From an uncultured Candidatus Saccharibacteria bacterium (lineage in GTDB: Bacteria > Patescibacteriota > Saccharimonadia > Saccharimonadales > EFPC-124): a stretch of 64,000 nucleotides of DNA. Made by a program: the position numbers and the translations under genes. Shown piece by piece: positions 46,411 to 57,421 of the stretch. The notes under the pieces are model-generated. The model did not search any database. It was not told the DNA's origin and saw only the letters and a program-made list of their open reading frames with translations. Within the stretch, counting starts at the first letter, position 1. Each line of letters opens with the position of its first letter. Location: NCBI GenBank assembly GCA_964550035.1, contig CAZJVU010000002.1, positions 19,653-83,652 on the forward strand. Reading direction: 5' to 3'.

Positions 46411-48111
46411 CTAAGCTGCGTGCTCAGCAGAGCTCATCTTGAACTTGCGGGGAAGTAGGAAGCTCAGTGTTACCGTCACGATCAGCAGAACAAAGACATA
46501 CACAACGGCCCAGCGGAATGCCGTCGCAAAGTTGTCGGCATTTGCCTTCTTAACACCGCTACTGATGACATCGCCAATTTTTTGCGCGGCGGGGTTGTTT
46601 GCAGGGGAGCTGGATTCGAGCTGCTTACAGCTTTCAGGAGTTTCGCTCGTATCTTTCTGTTTCGAGCGGTCATCGTAGCAGGCGCGCGAACCTTGAATGA
46701 TCGTATCCTGTGTCTGAGCAGGAATATGTGCCGCGGTCAATTCTTGGCGAATCTGCGGCGCGACATTGTCAAAGCTCTTGGCTGCACCATTGCTCAGCTG
46801 ACCAAAGAAGATCACGCCGATGACAGCCACGCCTACCGCTGCACCAACCTGCTGTACCGCGTTCAGGATGCCTGAGGCAGAACCAGCGTGGCCCGCATCG
46901 ACGTCCTGCAGTGCAGCACTAAAGATAGGAATCATAATGAGCGACATGCCCACGCCCAGCACGAGCAGGCCTGGCGCCAAATGCCACGGCGTGGTGTCGA
47001 GGCCAAAGTGCGTAACCACCCACGCCGCATAGAGAAGCGCCGCGCCATACACACCGGCACCGATACCGATAACCGAACGGCCGAATTTCATGACCAACTT
47101 CTGACCAAGTACCACAAACCCAACCGTCATTCCAACCGCCGTCGGCACGCCAGTCAGCGCTGCTTTCAGGACGTCATACCCCAAACCAACCTGCATGACC
47201 AGCGTGATCGTCAGGAAGTAGCCGATCATCACAGACTGCACAATAATATTGAGCAGCAAACCAGTCGAGAATGTACGGACACGGAAGAGCGACGGAACGA
47301 TCAGCGCCGATTTGTCACGGCGATCCTTCCGAATCTCGTACCACGCAAATAGTCCCAGCGCAGGCACGGCAGCAGCGAGCATCACAATCGTCCAGATCGG
47401 CCAGTCAAGCTCGCGACCTTCGATGAGCGGGAAGATAAGCAGGCTCAATGCCACGATAATAAGCAGCGTGCCCTTGATGTCGAGATGGAGCGGATGGACC
47501 GATTTGCCATTAGGCAAGAACTTCCAACCAGCGATCAACGCAAAGATACCAACCGGCAGGTTGATCAGGAAGATTGGGCGCCAATCGAGCCCAAAGAGGT
47601 TCCACTCGATAAGCAGACCGCCAATGATCGGACCGAGCGCGGCGCTCAGTCCGCCCAGCATTCCAAAGAGTCCCATTACACCAGCGCGTTCTTTTGGCTT
47701 GAACATCACCTGCATGAGTGACATCACCTGCGGCACCATCAGCGCAGCCATTGAGCCCTGGAAGAGGCGCGCGCCGACCAAGAATTCGACGTTCGATGCA
47801 ATACCTGCAAGCAGTGACGCCAGGGTAAACCCTGCAACACCGAACATGAATACTTTTTTGTACCCGAAAACATCGCCCATACGCCCACCAGTGATGAGCA
47901 GGAGCGCAAATGTCAACGAGTACCCAGCGATCAGCCACTGAATAGCGGCATAGCTGGCGCCAAGATTGCCTTGAATAGACGGAATCGCGATGTTTACAAT
48001 CGTCGAGTCCAATAGGTCCATCACAAAAGCGAATGCGACAATGAGTAGCGCAAGCTTCTTTTGCTTCGGAGTAAATGTAGCCGCATGATGTTCGGCAGCT
48101 GCATGAGCCAT
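46411..48111 (-). CDS. MFS drug:H+ antiporter (DHA2, 14 TM)
   Basis: DSTIVNIAIP, GRMGDVFG, GPIIGG, WRPIFLINLPVG. Confidence 0.93.
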   Translation of the reverse strand: MAHAAAEHHAATFTPKQKKLALLIVAFAFVMDLLDSTIVNIAIPSIQGNLGASYAAIQWLIAGYSLTFALLLITGGRMGDVFGYKKVFMFGVAGFTLASLLAGIASNVEFLVGARLFQGSMAALMVPQVMSLMQVMFKPKERAGVMGLFGMLGGLSAALGPIIGGLLIEWNLFGLDWRPIFLINLPVGIFALIAGWKFLPNGKSVHPLHLDIKGTLLIIVALSLLIFPLIEGRELDWPIWTIVMLAAAVPALGLFAWYEIRKDRRDKSALIVPSLFRVRTFSTGLLLNIIVQSVMIGYFLTITLVMQVGLGYDVLKAALTGVPTAVGMTVGFVVLGQKLVMKFGRSVIGIGAGVYGAALLYAAWVVTHFGLDTTPWHLAPGLLVLGVGMSLIMIPIFSAALQDVDAGHAGSASGILNAVQQVGAAVGVAVIGVIFFGQLSNGAAKSFDNVAPQIRQELTAAHIPAQTQDTIIQGSRACYDDRSKQKDTSETPESCKQLESSSPANNPAAQKIGDVISSGVKKANADNFATAFRWAVVYVFVLLIVTVTLSFLLPRKFKMSSAEHAA

Positions 48112-48280
48112 AAACGTTTCCTTTATTTAGTTGTTAGCTTCAAATATGTATGTTTGTCACAAAACAATGTTGCCATAGTACTACAATTAACCCTTCTCGA
48201 ACAGTAGTCTCTCAGTTTTTATCATATGCAAAACGGCGAGCCATAACACGGCTCGCCGTTTTAAACCGTTCGTCTCCTCG

Positions 48281-49234
48281 CTAGCGTTTGTGGAGCAGCT
48301 GCTCGTAGGTGCAGTAACCGCCATTCTGATCACACGGTGCTACTTGCTCGAACTCCGAACCGTTGTACTTCTCGTAGTCTACGGCCGCAGTTGCGTCAGC
48401 AGTGTTTTTGAAGATTGCCACAATAACCTGCTGGTCAGTGTTGATGCGATCGGGGGTAATCGTCTCTGAATGGCTCAACGCGTCGCCCGTTGCGCGGTAT
48501 TTGATCGACACGTGGTCGCCGACTTTAATGTCTTTGAGTGTGAGTCGGTTTGGGCTCTGGTAGACAAAGACGTCAGGGTCGATGTGGTTGAATGTCTGGT
48601 TGATAGTACGCAGCTCGGTGTTGTACGGAATAACCGACTTAATGCTGATCGATGTGTCGTTGATGGCAGTCACTTCGCTATCGATATAACCGCCGACAAC
48701 GGTGTTTTTGTTGAGGGGGTTCTTATCGAGCGCGGTCTGCAAAGCTTTTTGGTCAAACGTTGCCTGTTCCTGAGCAAAACAGTTACCTCGGACCATTTGT
48801 ACAACTTGTTCGTTCGTCAGCTTGGATCCAGCCTTCAGCCGATAGTACATGGTGTTGTGCTTGTCCTGGCGCTTTTCAAGCTCTGGCATGTTAAATGCGT
48901 GCGGGTCGAGACAGTTGTCGGTATCGACGCGGACGATACGGTCGCCATTCGGCAGATCGTGTTGCCCGCCAAAGAGAGCACTCACGCCAGGCCAGCCGCC
49001 AACAGCTGCGAATGCGACCGTGCCGCTCGCCACAACAGCCACGACTAATGCCGCCGTTGCGATCATTGGTTTTGTAAAGAGTTTCATATGATGCACCTCC
49101 ATGATGCGCGCGATGCCGCGATGCCTAGGGCGCTGGCTCACGCGGTCAATTACGTTATGGGTGAACTCTGCCCGTAACGGTCGGTGTGGTTTAGGGCCAC
49201 CGCTACGCGCAAATAGCTTTTCTATATCTGTCAT
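48281..49234 (-). CDS. Putative anti-sigma factor (single TM plus extracellular domain)
   Basis: ATGA overlap with the ECF sigma stop; one TM. Confidence 0.7.
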   Translation of the reverse strand: MTDIEKLFARSGGPKPHRPLRAEFTHNVIDRVSQRPRHRGIARIMEVHHMKLFTKPMIATAALVVAVVASGTVAFAAVGGWPGVSALFGGQHDLPNGDRIVRVDTDNCLDPHAFNMPELEKRQDKHNTMYYRLKAGSKLTNEQVVQMVRGNCFAQEQATFDQKALQTALDKNPLNKNTVVGGYIDSEVTAINDTSISIKSVIPYNTELRTINQTFNHIDPDVFVYQSPNRLTLKDIKVGDHVSIKYRATGDALSHSETITPDRINTDQQVIVAIFKNTADATAAVDYEKYNGSEFEQVAPCDQNGGYCTYEQLLHKR

Positions 49235-49764
49235 AGCAGCTCCTTTCTGAGTTGATCTTTCGCTCTGCTCATCCATCCACGAACCGAGCCAATCGGCACC
49301 GACAGTACGCCGGCGATCTCTTGGTAGCTCAATCCTTGCCAGTAGTACAGACTCACCACCGCACGCTGGTTCGCGTTCAGCCGAGCAACCGCCTCGTGCA
49401 GCTCACCGTATTCCGCGGATACATCTGGTCCCGGGTGTGAGCTGGCAACGCTTGCGATGAGTTCGTCATCGGCGGCGATTTCACGACCGGCTTTCTTGAG
49501 CCAGGTGAGCGCTTTGTTGGTTGCGATTTTAAACAGCCATGTACTGAGTCGGTACTCCGGCTTGTACAAATGCAGCTTATAGTACGCGGCGATGAATGTC
49601 TCTTGCGCCAGATCCTCTGCCACATCTTCGTCACGGACAATTGCAAAACAATGGTGATACAATGCGTTTTTATAATGATCAACCAGCTCGCCGTAAGCCA
49701 GGTGGTCGCCGTTTAGTGATCGCTCTATGAGCGTATGTTCATCAATAGCTTGCACACTATACAT
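49231..49764 (-). CDS. ECF RNA polymerase sigma factor
   Basis: AEDLAQETF, TWLFKIA.N, SYQEIA..L..PIGSV. Confidence 0.93.
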   Translation of the reverse strand: MYSVQAIDEHTLIERSLNGDHLAYGELVDHYKNALYHHCFAIVRDEDVAEDLAQETFIAAYYKLHLYKPEYRLSTWLFKIATNKALTWLKKAGREIAADDELIASVASSHPGPDVSAEYGELHEAVARLNANQRAVVSLYYWQGLSYQEIAGVLSVPIGSVRGWMSRAKDQLRKELL

Positions 49765-49807
49765 ACACCGCCAACAAGCATAAAGTTACAGGCAGGAGGA
49801 ATTTCAT

Positions 49808-50194
49808 ATGTTTAAGGATAGCAAAGCATTTAGCGGGTTCTCAGTGGATGATATCGAGGCAGCCAAAAAATTTTATGGCGAGACACTGGGCCTGCCCGTC
49901 GAAGAACAGGGTGGTATGGGCCTCGAACTATCGCTTGGATCGGGCGCAAAAGTACTTATCTACCCCAAGCCAAACCACCAGCCAGCGTCGTTCACCATCC
50001 TGAACTTTCCTGTCGATGACGTCGACGCGGCAGTCGACGAGCTCACGAGCAAAGGCGTGGAGTTCGAACACTACGACGAAGGCATGATGAAGACCGACGA
50101 AAAAGGCATCGCCCGTCCCGAGTCGCCAGACCAAGGCCCAACCATCGCGTGGTTTAAGGACCCGGCGGGGAATACCCTTTCGGTGCTCCACTAA
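49808..50194 (+). CDS. VOC/glyoxalase family protein
   Basis: [24 protein letters not shown]. Confidence 0.92.
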   Translation: MFKDSKAFSGFSVDDIEAAKKFYGETLGLPVEEQGGMGLELSLGSGAKVLIYPKPNHQPASFTILNFPVDDVDAAVDELTSKGVEFEHYDEGMMKTDEKGIARPESPDQGPTIAWFKDPAGNTLSVLH

Positions 50195-50303
50195 TCAACG
50201 TAATATCTACAATCTTCGTATCCAATCAATCGCTCGGCCTGTATGATTAGTGTAGACACACGAGTGGGGGTGAACACGTAACTTTGTAGGTTGTTTTTCT
50301 GTA

Positions 50304-51782
50304 ATGGGACAGGCTTTATACCGTAAATACCGATCCAAAAACCTTGCCGAAATGGTTGGGCAGGAGCATGTGACTGAAGCGCTTGGCAATGCCATAAAGA
50401 GCGGCCGTATTAGTCATGCGTATTTGTTTACGGGTCCGCGTGGCGTGGGCAAGACGAGCGCGGCGCGTATTCTGGCACACGAGATCAACCAGCTGCCCTA
50501 CGATGACTCGCAGCACCTCGACATCATCGAGATCGACGCTGCCAGCAACCGCCGTATCGACGATATCCGCGACCTGCGCGACAAGGTGCATATTGCGCCG
50601 ACAAGCTCGACGTTCAAAGTCTACATCATCGACGAGGTACACATGCTGACCGGCGAATCGTTCAATGCGCTCCTTAAGACGCTCGAGGAGCCGCCGGAAC
50701 ATGTTGTGTTTATCTTGGCCACGACCGAGGTACACAAGCTACCGGCGACCATTGTTAGCCGCACGCAGCGCTTCAATTTCCGACTTGTCGAGGCACAAAA
50801 AGTCATCACACATCTCAAATCAATTGCCCAGAAGGAGAAGATCGAAGTTGACGACGATGCGCTTGAGCTTATTGCTGACCACGGCGAGGGAAGCTTCCGA
50901 GATAGTATCAACCTACTCGACCAGCTCGCCAATGTGACCGGCAGAAAGATCACCGCCGAAAGCGTCGAGCGCAGCTTGGGCCTTGCCTCGAAGAAGGCGA
51001 TCGAGGCACTGGCTGGGTCGCTCCTCAAGAAAGATTTTGCCGATGCCAATAAGCAACTCACCGAGCTCGAGAATCAAGGCACCAATACTGCGTCGCTCAT
51101 TCCGCAGCTCACCCGATATCTCCAAAGTCTTGCGCCCAAACACACCGAACTATACCGGCTGCTCGACGAACTGATCGAAGTACCGCGCTCATACAACCCG
51201 AAGCTCAAGCTCCGCACCACACTGACAAAATTTGCATTGCCTGAACAGAAAAGCACGCCGACTGCGGCGCCAGTCAGCCATAAACCGACGCCCGTCGCAG
51301 CACCAAGGCCAATCCTGCACGTCGAGAAGCCTCAGCCCAAACCTGCCCCGAAGAAATCGTCCACCGAAGAACCGCAAAAAGCCGTGGGTAATAAGCTCGA
51401 GACTATCAGCGATGACCAGTGGGCGCAGCTACTCGCTCGCACCAAGGAAGAAAGCGCGCCACTATACGGCATGCTCCGCCAGGGTCGGCCTGATTTTGAT
51501 GAGGCGTCACAAACCCTGACGCTCACGTTCCGCTACGCACTTCACCAAAAGCGCATTGATGAGGCCAAGTCAAAAAAGACGATCGCCGATATCATGCTCG
51601 AAGTGCTTGGTGGCGCACCGATCATCAAAACAGCAGTCGACGCAGCCGTTGTGGCGCCTGATGTTGCCATCGAAACCGCATCACCAGCGCCTAAAGCCGA
51701 AGCGCCAAAACCGCCCGTCGATGAGGTCGCGAAGTCAGTAATAGATATGATGGGCGGGGGAGAGGTCGTCAATAATGCCTAG
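50304..51782 (+). CDS. dnaX: DNA polymerase III gamma/tau
   Basis: LYRKYR, GPRGVGKT, EIDAAS, IDEVHML, LKTLEEPP. Confidence 0.97.
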   Translation: MGQALYRKYRSKNLAEMVGQEHVTEALGNAIKSGRISHAYLFTGPRGVGKTSAARILAHEINQLPYDDSQHLDIIEIDAASNRRIDDIRDLRDKVHIAPTSSTFKVYIIDEVHMLTGESFNALLKTLEEPPEHVVFILATTEVHKLPATIVSRTQRFNFRLVEAQKVITHLKSIAQKEKIEVDDDALELIADHGEGSFRDSINLLDQLANVTGRKITAESVERSLGLASKKAIEALAGSLLKKDFADANKQLTELENQGTNTASLIPQLTRYLQSLAPKHTELYRLLDELIEVPRSYNPKLKLRTTLTKFALPEQKSTPTAAPVSHKPTPVAAPRPILHVEKPQPKPAPKKSSTEEPQKAVGNKLETISDDQWAQLLARTKEESAPLYGMLRQGRPDFDEASQTLTLTFRYALHQKRIDEAKSKKTIADIMLEVLGGAPIIKTAVDAAVVAPDVAIETASPAPKAEAPKPPVDEVAKSVIDMMGGGEVVNNA

Positions 51783-53151
51783 CAAAAAAGACTACGAAGA
51801 TAAACCAAGGCGCACCAACGCCGCGGCAAAAATCCCGCCGCAGAACCTCGACGCCGAAGTGAGCTTGCTCGGTGCGGTGTTGATTGACGAAGACGTGCTC
51901 ACACGGGTGAGTGATATTATCCACGTCGATGACTTCTATGACAAACGCCACAAGGCTATCTTTGGTGGCATGCTCAAACTCTATGAATCGCACCGCCCCG
52001 TGGATCTCCTGACCCTGAGCGACGAGCTAAAGAAAAAGGAAGAGCTGGAGATGGTCGGCGGCATGGATTACATCACCGAGCTCACCAACATGGTGCCGAC
52101 CGCCGCACACGCCGAGCATTACGCCGAGATTATTACACAGAAAGCGATGCGCCGCCGGCTTATTAAGGTCGCAGGCGAAGTTGCCGAGCTTGGATACGAC
52201 GAAGAGAACCTGGTGGGTGAGCTGCTTGCGACTGCCGAAGCTGAAATCTTTGCGGTTAGCGACAAGAACCTCAAGAATGATCTCGTCAGCCTGGAACAAA
52301 TTCTAGGCGAAAGCTTTGACCGTCTCGACGAGCTCCACAAGAATAAAGGTAAGATTCGCGGCGTCCCAACAGGCTGGCGCGACCTCGACAACATGACGGC
52401 GGGGCTCCAGCGAAGCGACCTTGTCATCTTGGCAGCTCGCCCGGCGATGGGTAAAACCACGCTCGTAACCAATCTCGCCTACAACGTTGCCAGCAAGGCA
52501 AAGCAGGCCGTTTTGTTCTTCAGTCTCGAGATGAGCAAGGAACAGTTGGTCGATCGTATGCTGGCCGATGCCGCGGGCGTGGATAGCTGGAATATTCGAA
52601 CCGGCAACCTCAGCGATGAAGATTTCGAAAAACTCAGCAACGCCATGGGCGAAATGGCCGAGGCGCCAATCTTTATCGACGACACGCCCGGCGTGTCTGT
52701 GCTCGAAATGCGCACAAAAGCGCGCCGCCAAGCGCACACGCATCCGCTGGGACTCATCATCGTCGACTACTTGCAGCTGATGCAGGGGAGTGGCTCGCGA
52801 AATAGCGATAACCGCGTGCAAGAGGTAAGTGAAATTTCGCGCGGTCTCAAGCTGATCGCCCGCGAGCTGAACGTGCCCGTCATTGCCCTCAGTCAGCTTT
52901 CTCGTTCAGTTGAGTCGCGCAGCCCACAGATCCCACAACTGGCTGACCTCCGCGAATCAGGCTCCATCGAGCAGGATGCCGACATCGTTATGTTTATCTA
53001 CCGCGAACAGTACTACAAGCCAGAGACCGAGCGCCAAAACATCACGGACCTCATCATCGCTAAGCACCGTAACGGACCAGTCGGTAAGGTTGAGCTATTC
53101 TTCCACCCAGAGCGATTGAAGTTTATGACGCTTGATAAGTACCACGAGTAG
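51775..53151 (+). CDS. dnaB: Replicative helicase DnaB
   Basis: ARPAMGKT, FSLEMS, DYLQL, LSQLSR, DLRESGSIEQDAD. Confidence 0.98.
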   Translation: MPSKKDYEDKPRRTNAAAKIPPQNLDAEVSLLGAVLIDEDVLTRVSDIIHVDDFYDKRHKAIFGGMLKLYESHRPVDLLTLSDELKKKEELEMVGGMDYITELTNMVPTAAHAEHYAEIITQKAMRRRLIKVAGEVAELGYDEENLVGELLATAEAEIFAVSDKNLKNDLVSLEQILGESFDRLDELHKNKGKIRGVPTGWRDLDNMTAGLQRSDLVILAARPAMGKTTLVTNLAYNVASKAKQAVLFFSLEMSKEQLVDRMLADAAGVDSWNIRTGNLSDEDFEKLSNAMGEMAEAPIFIDDTPGVSVLEMRTKARRQAHTHPLGLIIVDYLQLMQGSGSRNSDNRVQEVSEISRGLKLIARELNVPVIALSQLSRSVESRSPQIPQLADLRESGSIEQDADIVMFIYREQYYKPETERQNITDLIIAKHRNGPVGKVELFFHPERLKFMTLDKYHE

Positions 53152-53154
53152 ATG

Positions 53155-53718
53155 CTACTTGGCGGATTGCATTGTTTTGACTGCCTCTTTGAATGATGCA
53201 AGCTGCATCGTCTCGAGGTTAGCGATAACCGCGTTGGAGCTACATGCCTGGTTTGGAGTCGTAAAAACGTAGTAGCTGCCTTCGAACTGAAAAACTGTGC
53301 TGCCGTTCGGCTTCAGTACGCTACCGTCCGGCTGCGTTGGGTCGAGAGTCCTACGAATGGTGCCGAATGGTGAACTTACCTTTGGGTCGCACGTGCCGCC
53401 AGATTTATCAATGAGTGTCTGCGTCGAAACACGGACGAGCGGATATGTGTTGGTTGCATCGTAATAGTACACCGCATCCTTTATCTCATTACTCAGCGTG
53501 AGCTTAATACCAAACTCTTTGATTTCGAGATACCGCTTCGACTCTGGGCTCTTGGTAGTAGCAGTACTTGTACTTTGTTCAGCGCTAGGCGTAGACGTGT
53601 GATTACTAGTATTACCGTAGACGCGCCAAACGAGAAATGCGGCCACCAGGAGTACTGTCGCCACAAAGGCAATGCCTACCAGTCCAAAACCCTCACTTGC
53701 CCTACGCGTTTTTTGCAT
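53155..53718 (-). CDS. Secreted/anchored protein with prepilin-like N-terminus
   Basis: EGFGLVG plus TM; YLEIKEFGIK; two Cys. Confidence 0.7.
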   Translation of the reverse strand: MQKTRRASEGFGLVGIAFVATVLLVAAFLVWRVYGNTSNHTSTPSAEQSTSTATTKSPESKRYLEIKEFGIKLTLSNEIKDAVYYYDATNTYPLVRVSTQTLIDKSGGTCDPKVSSPFGTIRRTLDPTQPDGSVLKPNGSTVFQFEGSYYVFTTPNQACSSNAVIANLETMQLASFKEAVKTMQSAK

Positions 53719-53884
53719 ATTTCTGCTCCTTTTGGCGTGAGCATAGCAGTGCTTGCCCTGGTCCGCAATAGCTAAAATGACTTTTAAAAAACGCTTGCAA
53801 ATCACGGGCAGCAAGCTATATCTTTTTGCTCAACGCCCAAGCCAATCGGTTTTGGGCGAGTACGTCACAGAAGAGGTGAGTCTA

Positions 53885-55438
53885 GTGAAGGCAAGAGCTA
53901 TCCTCCTTTGTTTGCTCATGGTACTGCTGAATGCAGCCATCGTAGCCGTCGCACCGACCTTCCCTGCATTTGCATGGACGAGCAGTGACAGCTATCCAGA
54001 CAAGTGGAAAGATCCCGCGCAAGATTCTACAACGGACGATTGGCGCCAGTTCAACCGCGAATGCACATCGTGGGTGGCCTGGGCGCTTCACTCACGTAAT
54101 GGGTTTGAGATGCCCATGGTCAAGGGTGCCTCTGGTGCCGCCGACTGGGGATACAAAGATCGTAGTGGTTATGGAGCAAATACGACGCCAACCGTAGGCT
54201 CGGTTGCCTGGTGGGACTATGGTACCGGCGTCGGGCATGTTGCCTGGGTAGCAGCTGTATCTGCCGACAAGAAAACTATCACTATCGAGGATTACAACGG
54301 TGTTGATAGCAATAAAAACGGTATGTATGGCGATGATGGCACCTACAGCATGCGAACCATCAACGCAGCCGCCCCAAAAGGCTACATCCACTTTAAGGAT
54401 CTCGACAATGCGAACTCCGAGAACGAGACCGTGCCGGTTCTCGCACCCCAAATCATCGCCCTCAAACGCACCGCCGACCCGAACGGTGTACGCCAGGTCT
54501 ACGCCGCAACGAACACGGCAGTGACCGAAGGGTGGTGGGTTCCTGGCGGCGATGGCGCGCACGTGCACGAGATCATCAAGATCGACCAGCACAACATCGT
54601 TGGATTTGACAAGGTGAACCTGCCGGGCGGAACTCAGGCGGTCTATACTGCGACGTCGAATGGTATATGGGAAACGTGGTGGAAACCCGACGGGAGCACT
54701 GGCCAAGGTCGGATTATTTCCGGCCTCAGCGGCGTGAAAGGCGTCGTCGCCTTCAATACTACTGAGAATGCGCAGTTTGTTCACCGCCTGTACATCCTAG
54801 CCGGCGATGGTCCGTACGAGGCATGGTGGAAGGACGGCGGTGACGGCATTCACTTGAGCTTGCTAGCAAGTATTTCGGGTGGAGTAACCTTCACGATGTC
54901 TGTCGGTCCTGATGGCACGATGCAACTCTATGTCGCCGTCCCAACATGGGTCTACGAGGTGTGGTGGCATCCCGGTTTGAACGACATTCACGTCGGGACG
55001 GTCATCAATATCGTGCAGGGTAACATCCGGAGTCTCAGCAAGGGCGACACCCTAAGCGACGGCATGCAGCTACTCTATACCGGGACGGCTACAACGGCCT
55101 GGCAGAGTGCATGGGGCGGTGGGCTCAGCGGCATCAGCAATGGCACCATCGCCACAGCTCAGGTCAATGCAGGTCAGATAAAGAAGACCGTCACCGATGG
55201 GACGCATCAGTTGTACCTAGCAACCGGCGACCACGTTCAAGAATATTGGTGGAACGACACTGCTAGCGGCGGTGGCGAGCTGATTCGCATCGCCCAAAAT
55301 AACATCGGTGCCATCGACAAAGTTAATGACGGTGGAGCGCAAGAGCTCTACACCGGCGCCGGCAACTGGGTCTACGAAACATGGTGGGGAGGGGGCCGAA
55401 CACCAAGCACAAACTCTCTGTTCTCCGTGGCACACTAA
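53885..55438 (+). CDS. Secreted CHAP amidase with C-terminal Trp-rich beta-propeller repeats
   Basis: Signal peptide; RECTSWVAW, GHVAWV, IEDYN, YIHF; repeated QxYxA....VxExWW units. Confidence 0.88.
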   Translation: MKARAILLCLLMVLLNAAIVAVAPTFPAFAWTSSDSYPDKWKDPAQDSTTDDWRQFNRECTSWVAWALHSRNGFEMPMVKGASGAADWGYKDRSGYGANTTPTVGSVAWWDYGTGVGHVAWVAAVSADKKTITIEDYNGVDSNKNGMYGDDGTYSMRTINAAAPKGYIHFKDLDNANSENETVPVLAPQIIALKRTADPNGVRQVYAATNTAVTEGWWVPGGDGAHVHEIIKIDQHNIVGFDKVNLPGGTQAVYTATSNGIWETWWKPDGSTGQGRIISGLSGVKGVVAFNTTENAQFVHRLYILAGDGPYEAWWKDGGDGIHLSLLASISGGVTFTMSVGPDGTMQLYVAVPTWVYEVWWHPGLNDIHVGTVINIVQGNIRSLSKGDTLSDGMQLLYTGTATTAWQSAWGGGLSGISNGTIATAQVNAGQIKKTVTDGTHQLYLATGDHVQEYWWNDTASGGGELIRIAQNNIGAIDKVNDGGAQELYTGAGNWVYETWWGGGRTPSTNSLFSVAH

Positions 55439-55571
55439 GACAAATTACGGCGGGACGGTTTGGCCGGGCGGCTTACATACATCGCCCGGTCAACCATCAC
55501 CCCACGCAAAGTCATGAGCCGCTTATGGCATAGCTCATGTATAATATGTGTAAGTTACCTATGAGTATTCT

Positions 55572-57065
55572 ATGCGCCCTGTAAGCGAACTCACCCTGTA
55601 TCGATATCGACATCTGATAGGCTACGCACTGTTGGTGCTGGCAACTGTTGGATTGCTATTGTTGTTTATTACCAAAATTCCGAATGGCCTCAGCCAAGGC
55701 GAAGAGGCAAGCGCATTGGCAAGCAGTCAAATTGTCTTCGATAAAAGCTTCTTAGACCATACACAAACCGTCGACTTACCTTACCACCTGACGCAGTGGG
55801 CGAGCCTGAAGCTATTTGGCCTTGGCGCAATTGGTGTGCGGCTGCCGTCCCTTATCTTTGGGGCGTTGAGCATACTGTTTCTACTGCTTCTCCTGCGACG
55901 TTGGCTGCAAGAGAATGTTGCCATTAGCTGGGGCATTCTCGTTACATCCTCGGCGTGGTTCTTACTGCTTGGTCGGTCTGGTACGCCAGAAATAATGGTC
56001 GTCTTCTGGACAAGCCTCATTCTGCTCCTCGCGACGCTTGTTTCCCAACAGAGTAAGGGCTACCAAGCTTGGAAAGCTCTGAGCATTGTGGCTATTGGGT
56101 TGTCTTTCTATACACCGCTCATGGCCTATCTGTTCGCAGCGTCCGCACTCGCGGCTGCATTCCAGCCACACTTGCGGTACGTCATTCGGTACGCCGAGAA
56201 GACAAGCATTACACTGGGCGTATTTCTCTTCATAGCCGTACTCGTACCGCTGGGCTGGAATATCTGGAAGGACCCTATGGTCATCCGTGAGCTTCTCGCC
56301 ATTCCTGCGGTACTCCCTGGACCACTCGAATTCTTTAAAGATCTGTGGACTGCCGCGGGCACCGTTATCAATCCGTTTCACCTGAGCATCGGCAACGTCA
56401 TCACACCGCTTCTCGGTATCCCGATGGCAGCGCTTGCCACTATCGGCCTCATCCGCACGATCATGGACTATCACTCTGTCCGTAGTTACGTGCTACTCCT
56501 ATGGCTTGCCGTATTGACGCCAGTGATCGGCCTTAACCCCACACACCTGAACGTCGTATTTGTGCCGCTCATGCTCCTCGGCGCTATTGGTATGCAGTCG
56601 CTCTTCCGATACTGGTACGATCTCTTCCCACGCAACCCATACGCGCGCATCTTTGGATTGTTGCCAATCTTACTGCTGATAGCCACGGTGGTAGGCTTCA
56701 ACTATCAACGCTACTTTACGGGGATATCCTACGCGCGTAGCACCGTTGATATATACAACACCGATCCTTTGCTCCTCCACGATACCCTGGCGTCTAAGGC
56801 ATACCGCGACCAACGTATCGTGCTCGTGACGACCCCAGAACGCAAAGATCTATACGCGATAGACAAAGCAATCGCCAAAAAGCTCGATGTCATCACTGTC
56901 TCTGGATTTGTGGGTGCATCGACTGCAAATAGCATCATCCTCGACGTCAATGCCCAGTCACAGCTCACACCGCAACAGCTCGCGGTCTTGCCGCCGTTCC
57001 CGAGCAACCTTCTCGTCAATGACCACAAAGACGACTCGCTTCGCTTTCGCATCTACTCACAGTAG
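55572..57065 (+). CDS. GT-C (ArnT/PMT-like) membrane glycosyltransferase
   Basis: GLSQGE, LFGL..IGVRLPS, many TM. Confidence 0.75.
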   Translation: MRPVSELTLYRYRHLIGYALLVLATVGLLLLFITKIPNGLSQGEEASALASSQIVFDKSFLDHTQTVDLPYHLTQWASLKLFGLGAIGVRLPSLIFGALSILFLLLLLRRWLQENVAISWGILVTSSAWFLLLGRSGTPEIMVVFWTSLILLLATLVSQQSKGYQAWKALSIVAIGLSFYTPLMAYLFAASALAAAFQPHLRYVIRYAEKTSITLGVFLFIAVLVPLGWNIWKDPMVIRELLAIPAVLPGPLEFFKDLWTAAGTVINPFHLSIGNVITPLLGIPMAALATIGLIRTIMDYHSVRSYVLLLWLAVLTPVIGLNPTHLNVVFVPLMLLGAIGMQSLFRYWYDLFPRNPYARIFGLLPILLLIATVVGFNYQRYFTGISYARSTVDIYNTDPLLLHDTLASKAYRDQRIVLVTTPERKDLYAIDKAIAKKLDVITVSGFVGASTANSIILDVNAQSQLTPQQLAVLPPFPSNLLVNDHKDDSLRFRIYSQ

Positions 57066-57121
57066 CGGCACACCCCCGTAACTGGTACAATAAGTGAAGA
57101 TCATCGTAAGGAGTATTACCT

Positions 57122-57409
57122 ATGTTTAACCAAGCCAAAATGGTCATGAAGATCAAGAAGGCCCAGAAAGAACTGGCCAACGAAATTATCGAAGTCGAAG
57201 CCGGCGATGGCGCCGTTGTTGTACGTATTACCGGCGAACAGAAAATCAAGAAAATCGTCATCAACCCAGAGCAAGTCGACCTCGATGACATCGGCGAGCT
57301 CGAGCGCTGGGTTGAAACCGCAGTCAAAGAAGCCATCAACCGCTCTCAGCAAGTTGCTGCCGAAAAGATGAAGCCACTCATGGGCAGCCTCGGCAACTTG
57401 GGTATGTAG
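57122..57409 (+). CDS. ybaB: YbaB/EbfC nucleoid-associated protein
   Basis: EAGDGAVVVRITG; upstream of recR. Confidence 0.9.
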   Translation: MFNQAKMVMKIKKAQKELANEIIEVEAGDGAVVVRITGEQKIKKIVINPEQVDLDDIGELERWVETAVKEAINRSQQVAAEKMKPLMGSLGNLGM

Positions 57410-57421
57410 TTCACTGGCTCT

